From: Squalus acanthias
Taxonomy: Eukaryota
Reading direction: 5' to 3'
DNA length: 64,000 nucleotides
Assembly: GCA_030390025.1 (NCBI GenBank)
Contig: CM059449.1
Span: 33,232,001-33,296,000 of the forward strand
Part shown: one piece after another, positions 26,020 through 35,795 of the stretch
How the letters are laid out: every line of letters begins with the position of its first letter
How positions within the stretch are numbered: the first letter of the stretch is position 1
Notes under the pieces: generated by a model
Database searches by the model: none
Told to the model about the DNA's origin: nothing
The model's input: only the letters and a program-made list of their open reading frames with translations
Program-made: the position numbers and the translations under genes

Positions 26020-27265
26020 TTACATGGAATTACATGTTAGAATCTTCAACACAGGAACAGGCCATTCGCCTCACTGGTCTATCTGGTGTTTATACTCCAC
26101 AAGGGTGTTATCCTAAACGTATTAATGCTTCACACCCTGCCCCTATATATCCCTATATTCCCTCCTCCCTCAGGTATACATCAAGCTCATTCTTAAATAT
26201 AGCAATGCTCTCTGCTTCAACCATTCCACGTGGCAGCGAGTTCTAAATTCTCAGCATTCTGTGTGTAAGGAAATGCCTCCGAAATTCTTTACTTATACTG
26301 TCAGTGTCTACAAGAAACCAGCCCCAGCCCAGTCCAATCTTTCCTGAAAGTTGTGTCCTCTCAATTCTGATAACTTCCTAGCAAATCTTTGCTGTACATT
26401 CCCCCGTGTTTCAATACCCCTTTTGTAGCATGGAAACCAGAACTGCCCACAGTCCTCCAAGTCTGGTCTAACCAAGACTGTATATAATGTAACATGACCT
26501 CCCAGTTTTATGTTAAATTCTGCTAGAAATGAACCCCAGTACTTTTTTGCACCTTTTTATGGTCTTATCAGCTTTCGTCGCTACTTCAAAGGATTTGCGC
26601 ATCTATGTTTCCGAGTGCTGTTTGCTCCTCCACCACATTTAGTTTCTTACCTTCCAAGGAATAATTAACTTCCTTATTCCACTTACCAAAATGATCCACC
26701 TCACACTTCGCTATATTGAATTTCATTTGTCATTTATCTGCCCACTCTGCCAGCCTGTTTGTGTCTTGTATTTTAGTGCAGTCTCCACATTATTGGCTGG
26801 ACACCCAATTGGTATGGTGTGCAAATTTCGACACCAGGAGGGAAACACCTCCCAGGAAATGTCTAATGGATGGCTGATCACTAAATTCAAAATCATCCCC
26901 CATACATCGAAACTCTGAGTCCAAATCATTGATGTTTAAGGTGGATAACAGTGGTCCCAGCACAGATCACCCCGGACCAACACTTCCCATTTGCCGTCAG
27001 GTTGGGAAACTTCCCTTATCACCCACCGTCATTTTCTGTATTCTAACCATCTTTCAATTCATTCTGATACGTGACGTCTGACTCCACAGGCTCTGACCCT
27101 TGCCATGAGCTTCTTATCGAGTACGTTATGGAAAGCCTTTTGATGATTATCACACCTACGGCATTGCCCTTGTGTATTCTTTCCATTAATTCTTCAACTT
27201 ATTCAATAAGGTTGGTTAAACATGGCCTTCCTTTTACAAATCCATGCTCACTATTTTATATTATA
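26020..27265 (-). mobile_element. Old, degenerate CR1 LINE fragment
   Basis: CR1-type tail (ACAGGAACAGGCCATTC ~26050) and RT-region similarity (reverse QHGFVKG at ~27225-27250). Confidence 0.8.
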
Positions 27266-27734
27266 TTCTCCAGGGGAAATTGGTCTTGGGCCCAGCGCAA
27301 AACATGTGATGGTGAAGTGACTGCAAAACATTTAATTTAAGTGGCATGAAGTGGGGTTTCCAAAAATTAGTAAATTATATATTGCAACCTGTATACTTCT
27401 AGCGTTTGATAATCAAGTGAAATGTTTTGAATTGTAATTCTTCTACTGAATTCAAAGTTGGCAATTGGGAAACAGGCGTCTGATCCGAACTCACCCCGTT
27501 CCCGCCGGTTTAGGTTAAACATACCCTCACACGTTCTCCTTCCTTTAATTCATCATCTGAAAGCAATATATGTCAGAAGGACGTAGATAATTATGAACAC
27601 AGATTTGTATACTCAGGCTTCGTCTGATATTCTATCCTGCTCATCAACTTCCTGATATGTAATTTGTTTGCCCCTATCTATAGCAACAGTGACCCTGGAT
27701 ATTATGACAGTGATTCTGTGGGGAGACAAGAGAA

Positions 27735-28107
27735 GCTATGATTGTTCTACTTCGAGTAGAGATGGTTAAGCTGTAATAGACATGATCAAAATCATGAAGG
27801 GTTTTGACAGAGTAAACAAGGAGCAACAGTTTCCAATGAGAGAAGGGTCATGTAACCAAAGGACTCAGATTTATGGTAGTTGGCAAAAGAACCACAAGTG
27901 AGATGAGGAGAGTTTATTTTACGCAGTGAGTTGTTGTGATCTGGCATGCACTGCATGAAAGGGTGGTGGAAGCAGATTCAATTATAACTTTCAAACGGGA
28001 AATGTATAAATACTTGAAGGGAAGAGAATTGCAGGCTTTGGGGAAAAAGCAGGCGATTGGGACTAATTCAATAGCTCTTTCAAAGAGCCGGCACAGGTTA
28101 GATTGAC
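27735..28107 (+). mobile_element. CR1 LINE 3' fragment, cut off at the candidate LTR
   Basis: KIMKGFDRV and FTQ.VV.IW similarity followed by 3' UTR GCTCTTTCAAAGAGCCGGCACAGG. Confidence 0.8.
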
Positions 28108-29737
28108 TGTGAGGGGATAATTACAACTCCTAGCGCTTTCGGACTACCCCAGATCAGGCGTATTCCCAAGACGTTTACCTTCAACTAAAGTTAGCTGTAG
28201 CCGGATCCTATAAGACGCTTAATTGGGCCTGGAGGTCACACTACCTCTCCCTAAAGGAAAGAAACGGCCTGAAGATGCTATCATCCTCCGGATAGCACTT
28301 TTAACAAGTTTAACTAGACTGCAATCTTCCGGATATTATGAGGGTACGGAAAACCCCCAGAATTCTGCTACTCCTCCCTGAAGAGTGTACAGAAATTGAG
28401 TTTGTGAGATTGATACAGAAATACTCTTTGAGACAATTTTAAAAATATATAGATTTATTAAAGAACCGACATCTAGTTAACAGCTGGTATGGCAATCGCA
28501 ACTTTAACCGTTCAAAATACAGATAGATTACATTTCTTATCAAAGATCCTCATTCTCAAATCTTAACTTCGTTACATTTCCACACTTCTACTTATTTCTT
28601 AATCCAGAATATCCACCAAAATCAAATATCTTGATTACCCGAGTCTCAGAGTTGAAAACTTACAGAGCGTGCCTGTGAAGTTGAGAAATGCTTGCCCTTC
28701 CAGCGACTTCTCACTTTTCATCTGACAAGCTCTTATTTTTATACACTTTTTTAGTGGTACTTTCTTTGAAGTTTCCTGCTGATGTAAGCTAATTATCTTT
28801 AGTGATTCTTTATTGAATTATTTTCTATTCTTACTGTCATTTCAGCTGCCAACTTTTAGGATTATTTTTTTACCTTTAGGTGTTTCAAAAACTATCATTA
28901 AATGGTTATTGTCGATTTATCTTTTTAATGCCATTCTTAGGAAGTCTTTCTATTGAATTCTTAATATCACTTAACTGCTTGTACGCCAGACGTCGTGACT
29001 CTGTGGTGTTCCACGTTCAATACAAACGCAATGTAATTGTTTGATGTCATCTATTGATATTATATTTCCAAAGCCTCTCTGTAGGTATATTTTACAACTT
29101 GTAAATTGAAAACACTTCTCTTAGGGTGTTTACTTGTTTTCTTGCTATCTCAATTGGTTACATATTTAATCGTGTTTCCTGTTTCTAAGTTTAACATAAA
29201 ACTATTTTATGGGAGGTATTTCTTTTACTTGATGTCATTTTTTCAAAGGCACTAGGTTTTTTAATGTTCTGTGCACCTGTTTGACGTGTTAGATTTTAAC
29301 ACTTTACTTGGGCATTGCTATTGTTTTGTTCCAAATTCTAGACATTCTGGAAGCACCAATGGTTTGCTTCAATAGGGGCTTTGTCTCTGTATTTACAAAC
29401 AATTTCCCATTTCAAAGCTTGTTTTCACAGCTTTGTGTTAACAAACCATCTTATCTGCGAAGCCTGTATTGTGCCTGCAGCCTGTGTCGCCGAGGCTTTT
29501 CCAGACTTTTAAACACAGTATGTCTTGTATTAATAATATAAAAAATCTCTTTATAGGATTGAGTATTTTTCTGAAATATGGCTATTCCATTACAACTGAA
29601 TGACCTCCTCCTATGCAGTAAGCTTCCATTATTGTTCACGTCATGAATTTCGTTGTGCTATTGATTATGTACATTTTAGCTCATCTCAGATTATATCTGA
29701 CGGTGTCCCAATGGTGTGACACAGTGCTTACCTGACA
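28108..29737 (-). mobile_element. Candidate solo LTR (1630 bp) with spumavirus-like U3-R-U5 layout
   Basis: TG...CA ends with imperfect inverted repeat (TGTGAGG / CCTGACA); flanks TGAC and TAAC (3/4 TSD match); minus-strand TATAAAAA (28743-28736), splice donor GTAAGT (28663) and AATAAA (28459-28454). Confidence 0.55.
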
Positions 29738-30411
29738 TAACTTTAATTTCAAGACTTCACTACAAAACTTACACAATCCGTTCTTTATGTTCCGCCTAAA
29801 TGAAGCTTTGTCATGTTTGTGTATGAAGCAACATGTTATGGACATCTAATTCAGCCCCTATTTATCAGTCCTATAGATGCAGCAAAGAGGTATCATTAGG
29901 AACCCCAAATGGATTATTTCATTCACATTCGATGGATGTGGGTCAGATGTTCCTGTCTCTGCACCTGGGAGCTGTTGAATTGTCTGTTGCAGTGAATACA
30001 TGAAAATCTCCGATGGAGTAGAGCGCTTTCCCCAAACGGAGCTTATGATTGTCCAACCATTCCTTTATATGGAGGGAAGATTGGGCAGACGTTTTTATAG
30101 TGTGTGCGCTTCCCCGCCCAAAGTTGAACTGAGATGTGATTTCAGATTTCAGTAGTTATTGTAACTAAGGATGTCTACAGATGGAAAAAAACTGAGAGTG
30201 AAGACACTGTAGATTAGATCTAGTAGCTTTCGGTTAGGCTTGAGACAGACACGAAGAATGATCAAGGCACAAGTGTCATTAATTAAATGATTGTTAACTG
30301 TCTGTAAACTACAATTATTCATCAAATATGCAAATTAACTGATACTAAATCAATAAATCAGTAACTGCAAGCGCATAATACAATGCTATGATTTGTTCTT
30401 CCTTTGTGAAC

Positions 30412-30720
30412 GACTCTGGCAAGCCAGCATTTATTTCCCATTCCTTCTTGCCTTGACTGCATTAAGAGCCAGCTATGTTGGGTGGGATATAATCACTTGT
30501 AGGCCAGACCAGATAGAGAGTGCCAGGTTTCCTTTTCTGTAAGACATTTGTGAAACAGTTCGGATTTTATGATAATCCGCCGGCTTCCGTGGCCATTTTT
30601 CTTGGTGATAGCCCACAAATGATAAGATTTACTGATTTCAATTTTTCAACTTCACATATTGGAATTTGGACTCAACACCTCTGGGATGCTCATCCAGTAC
30701 TATCGTCACTAGGCTACTGT
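30412..30720 (-). mobile_element. Degenerate tRNA-derived SINE (same family as 51325-51665)
   Basis: Reverse-complement similarity to the head and tail (GGCAATAAATGCCGGCCTTGCC) of the 51325 copy. Confidence 0.6.
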
Positions 30721-31290
30721 ATTATCACCCTCACTCGTTCTGGAACATTGCTAATAAATTTACAGGACGCTGCTTTCATTGTTCTCCGGTACAGCTGAAA
30801 GAATAGGCAACAGTAAATAATAGAATTCAACTGGGATTGCATGCTGTGCGTTTCACCAGGTGAATCCAGGGGGATATTTTTTACAAATCAACTTATTGAA
30901 CTGAGGTTCATCTGCTGTAACGTTCTGGAAAATTGCGGTTTCTGATTCCGTGGAAACTGGCTACAGTAATTGTCAGTTCCTCACAGTAACTGGTGTCATA
31001 GGAATTCACCATTCACTGCTTCCTTGGAACCGTTATGTACATATTGCTGTCATAATAGTCTATCTCACAGACATCCACAATCTCCATTTTACTATAGTCC
31101 GGAAGATCAGCAATCCCATGATTCAGTGTGTAGTGATGCATCAAAGAGTGAGAATATAGAACACCATAACATATTGGAATAACATCAAGTGTTACAAACA
31201 CCAGTTCACTGAACAATTTATGCAAGAGTCTAAACTTATATTCTGACATCAGAAATATTTAATTCGTGGAAATTAAGACACTTTTCCTGA

Positions 31291-31449
31291 NNNNNNNNNN
31301 NNNNNNNNNNNNNNNNNNNNNNNNNNNNNNNNNNNNNNNNNNNNNNNNNNNNNNNNNNNNNNNNNNNNNNNNNNNNNNNNNNNNNNNNNNNNNNNNNNNN
31401 NNNNNNNNNNNNNNNNNNNNNNNNNNNNNNNNNNNNNNNNNNNNNNNNN
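31291..31449. other. Assembly gap (run of N)
   Basis: 159 N bases. Confidence 1.
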
Positions 31450-31622
31450 TATGTCATCGATGACGACGAACACCTTGCTAAGGCCATCCCCACGCCTCCA
31501 CTACTCGCCTTCAAGCAGCCGCCTAACCTCAAAAGTACCATCGTTCGCAGCAGATTACCCATCTTTCAGGAGAACAGCAACCAAGACACCACACAACCCT
31601 ACCACGGCAACCTCTGCAAGAC

Positions 31623-31979
31623 ATGCCAAATCAGGAACACAGTACATACTCATGTGACTCGGCCAACGTTGTCTACCTGATACATTGCAGTAAAGGATGC
31701 TCCAGAGCATGGTACATCGGCGAGACCATGCAGACACTGAGACAACGTATGAACGGACACCGCGCAACAATCGCCAGGCAGGAGGGTTGCCTCCCAGTCG
31801 GGGAACACTTCAGCAGCCAGGGGCATTCAGCCTCGGATATGCGGGTAAGCGTTCTCCAAGGCGGCCTTCGAGATACACGACAGCGCAAAATCATAGAGCA
31901 GAAACTGATAGCCAAGTATCGCACTCATGAAGATGGCCTCAATCGCGATATCGGGTTCATGTCACGATACAGAACGTGA
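31623..31979 (+). pseudogene. PLE GIY-YIG endonuclease domain (fragment)
   Basis: VVY...YIG motif, conserved R, H, E and GLN residues. Confidence 0.88.
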
Positions 31980-32199
31980 CTTGACATCATGGCCGGTCTT
32001 CCCAGGTGTTTTTTTTTTTAAAAGACTAACACAAGAACCTACACAAATTGACAGGATATGCAGCCAGCAGGTGGTTTGACACGTTGGACCCCCTGGGACA
32101 CATCTCATTTTCTTGGCTGTGCTCTTTGATGTAGGGAAAGATTTGAATATATTTTGTCTGTGTTTAAATTGTGAATTCTGGGAGATTCTCTCACTGCTA

Positions 32200-32245
32200 A
32201 CTTACCTGACGAAGGAGCGAATTGCTCCGAAAGCTTGTAAAATTA
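32200..32245 (+). ncRNA. Minimal type I hammerhead ribozyme (PLE-associated)
   Basis: TTAC-CTGACGA-A-GGAGC-gaatt-GCTCC-GAAA-GCTT-GTAA: catalytic core, stem II, palindromic AGCT stem III, stem I TTAC/GTAA. Confidence 0.8.
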
Positions 32246-32874
32246 AATAAATCTGTTGGACTATAACCTGGTGTTGTGCGACTTCTCATTTCTATATATA
32301 TATATCTATCTAACTATCTATCCAGGGTTTATTTTTGTAAATAAATCACACTGAAATTATGCAATCTGGCCACGTGGGTCCCACAATTCACTCAAACATC
32401 TTTGTGTGTGTTGTTTTTCAATCGCGGTTGTCTTAACATTCTTTTGTCCACAATAAGAGATTAAATTTTAAAACGTCAACTATTATATTTTACATTAGAT
32501 TCATTAATTCTATCCAGTAAAATGCCTTTAGCTTCATCCTCAAACTGTCTACCTGAAGGCCTCATCCTGTTTCAGGTGCTTGGTCTTTGAGTTGAATAGA
32601 GACGGTTCAATCTGGGATAGTTCACAAGGCCGAATTTCCCAGCATACACCTGTAGCATTCAGTGAGCAGGGATGTTTTTTTTTACATTTTGCCAGGTCTT
32701 TCTCAATGATGTTTCCTAAACTAATATTGAAGAAACCTGGAGGACCAGTGCCAAGTTTTATTGTGGTAAAACAGAGGTTGACATTTGCTGTATAAGAAAT
32801 GGCCATTGTGCCCATTGCAACTCATCACTCCGGGGCCAGGACTGTCCCAATAGATTCGAACTGCATTGGGAATA

Positions 32875-34831
32875 CCGCCAATGATTACCATTCGTGCTTT
32901 CCTACTGAGGAAATCATCGTAGCTTTCATCATCCTTGAGGAAAGTTGTTCCTAATGTTTGTTTTCAACTTCCAAGCCACTCATATAGATCGGTGTCTTCT
33001 GACTTACTTTAAACTGTTATTATGCACTCTTGAAAGTAAATTTAACAGACTGAGATTAAAACTCCCTGTGGGATAGTAGAAACCCAAACACAGCGATGTG
33101 AAAACATCTTGAGGGACCGTATGACCCCTTATCACACTGATACGAAATCACCCTGTGGGACAGTGTGGCCTCATAACACACTGATATGAAATAACCCTGT
33201 GGGGTGGTGTGATCCTATAACACACTGATATGAAATCACCCTGTAGAGCGGTGTGACTCCATAACACACTGATATGAAATCACCCTGTGGGGCGGTGTGA
33301 CCCCCTTAAAACGCTATTACGAAATTACACTGTGGGTCGGTGTGACCCCTTAACACACTAATACGAAATCACCCTGTGGGGCGGTGTGACTCCATAGCAC
33401 ACTGATATGAAATCACCCTGTGGGGCGGTGTGACCCCTTAACACACTAATACGAAATCACCCTGTGGGGCAGTGTCACTCCATAACAAACTAATACGAAA
33501 TCACCCTGTAGGGTGGTGTGACCCCATAACACACTAATACGAAATCACCCTGTGGGGCGGTGTGACTCCTTAACACACTGATATGAAATCTCCCATTCTT
33601 CGAGTTCCTGTTTTGAACCTAGGCGCCCCAGTGAGAGTTTTCAATCTTTCTGTTTCACGCCACCACATTTCTCACACAAAAAGACGCGATCACAAATATC
33701 TTATGGCTTTCGGCCAAGCAAGACCAAGGAAATGTCTTGCTGGAGCCCACCTACCGAAACATCCCACTCTAACTTAACTGAGGATTTAGTACTGCTCCAT
33801 ATTGAAGGCAGGTTGGAGGAAATGCTCAGGGAAGCACGGACACAGAATGTAGGCTGAAGGGGACTTCAATGTCCACCGCCAAATGTAGCTCAGTAGTCTC
33901 TGCACTGGTAAAGTTGGGGCACTTCTACTGGACCGAGAATTTCTGTACCTGGTAAGATTGTGGTGCTGATTATTGAATACAAATTCTGTTAAAGGAATAA
34001 TACTTTTACATGGAACTGTGCCCTTTAAAATATAGAGCGGAGGTTCTCCATTGCAGTTACTACACCGGCGGGGTCGAGTCATGGTGTGGATCCACGGAAT
34101 GAAGGCAGACGGGAAATGTGTCTTGTTAACAGCTCATGTCCTGGGACATGGAATATTAGACATTACATATTCGCTGCAGTATGTTTGTTCGTGACTTGCT
34201 TTGCTGTTATGGAGCAAATTGCAAAGGTTTCAAGGATTTCCAGCTGTCTTCTCACGGTTGGATCACTGAACGTGTGGAACTGTGCATCAAGTAACGGAAA
34301 CAGCTTTGTTGAAGGGACGCGGGTGTCTGTCCAATTCGCCGATGCTAAAGCCGCAAAGTTCCCTTTTTTGTCAGTCAGAGTCTAGCAGTGTTAGCAGAAA
34401 GTCCCTGCAACTAAACCGCAAGCGATAACACATATAGTACAGAGCACATTGCTTAAAGCATCCACAACATGTTACACAGTCGGATCACGGCATCGACCAT
34501 TCCGAGTCCAGCTCTCATTACATCCATTGTGTATCCAGAGTGACTTTAAGTACAAGTCGAAAATGACAATGTTATTCTAAATGATGAATTCACTTTCTTC
34601 CGCTTTCTTTCAGTATTTTCAGACTCAGTTTTGTTAAAATAGAATACTGGGAAAATCCAGCGGATCCAGTAAATTGGAAAGTTACATTGGGAAACTATTC
34701 GATACGCCATTCCTCTATCGGGATGCGCAAGAGACAAGAATTGGAGGCGCGCAATTATGTACATACAATAAAGGCAGTGTTTTTAAACGTTTCTGGGACT
34801 AGATAACGGTGTTCAACAGATGTGATATTTT
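32875..34831 (+). repeat. Left arm of an inverted duplication (partner 62528-64000+)
   Basis: Colinear reverse-complement match; paralogous ORFs 34086-34385(+) and 63010-63273(-). Confidence 0.93.
33134..33590. repeat. 44-bp minisatellite, about 10 copies (CACACTGATATGAAATCACCCTGTGGGGCGGTGTGACCCCATAA)
   Basis: Unit starts at 33177, 33221, 33265 and onward. Confidence 0.95.
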
Positions 34832-35795
34832 GATCGTCTTCCATGAAGACAGGCACCAAGTATTTCTTTAATTTCTCTGCCATTTCCTTATTCCCCCTTA
34901 TAATTTCTCCTGTCTCAGCCTGTAAGAGACCAACATTTACTTTCGCTAACCTTTGACTTTTTATATACCTGTAGAAATGTTACCGTCTGCTTTTATGTCT
35001 CTCGCTAGTTTACTCACATTTTATATTTTCCAGTTCTTTATCAATTTCTTGGTCATCCTTTGTTGAATTCTAAAATCCTCCTAATCCTCAGGCTTACTAC
35101 TCTTTTTGGTAACATTATAAGCCTCTTCCTTTGATCTAAAAATATCTTTAACTTCGCTTGTTAGCACGGTTGTACCACTTTTCCTGTGGGGTTTTGTGCC
35201 TTAAAGGAATGTATATTTGTTGTAAATGATGTATTAATTCTTTAAATGCTAGCCATTGCTTGTCTACCATCATATCTTTTAATGTAGTTTCTCAATCTAC
35301 CTTAGCCAAATCGCCCCTCTTAACTATGTAGTTTGCTTTTTTAGATATAAGACCCTATTTTCGGAGTTAACTAAATCACTTTCGAACTCAATGTAAAATT
35401 CTATCATGTTATGGTCACTCTTCGCTAAACGCCCCTTTACTACACGGTTATTAATTAACCCATTCTCACTGCACAATACTAAATCTAAAAGAATCTGTGC
35501 CCTCGTTGGTTCCTCAACATACTGATCTAGAAAACTAACTTGCACACATTCCATGAATTTGTCCTACACACTATTACTGCAAATTTGTTTTGCCCAGGCT
35601 ATATTTATATTAAAGTCCCCCATGATTACTGTATTACCCTTGTTACATTAACCTCTAATTTCCTGATTTATAATCTGCCTTCAATGCAAATACTGTTTCG
35701 GGGCCTTTAAACAACTCCCACCAATGTCTTCTGCCCCTTGCTGTTTCTAAGCACCACCCAAATTGATTCTACTTCTTGATTTTCGGAGCTAAAAT

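Larger units (their letters stand above)
31450..32290 (+). mobile_element. Penelope-like element (PLE) 3' part with GIY-YIG endonuclease and terminal-repeat hammerhead
   Basis: LLAFKQPPNLK and C..C upstream; ORF 31623-31979 with NVVYLIHC...WYIGET...LRQRMNGH...VGEHF...E...GLN, typical of PLE GIY-YIG domains. Confidence 0.92.

Noticed and set aside
32549-32960. Short minus-strand ORFs near the left duplicate arm
   Set aside because: No recognisable motifs or convincing splice context.
33134-33590. CRISPR-like appearance of the minisatellites (also 1910 and 21470)
   Set aside because: Head-to-tail tandem units without unique spacers, no cas genes, vertebrate context.
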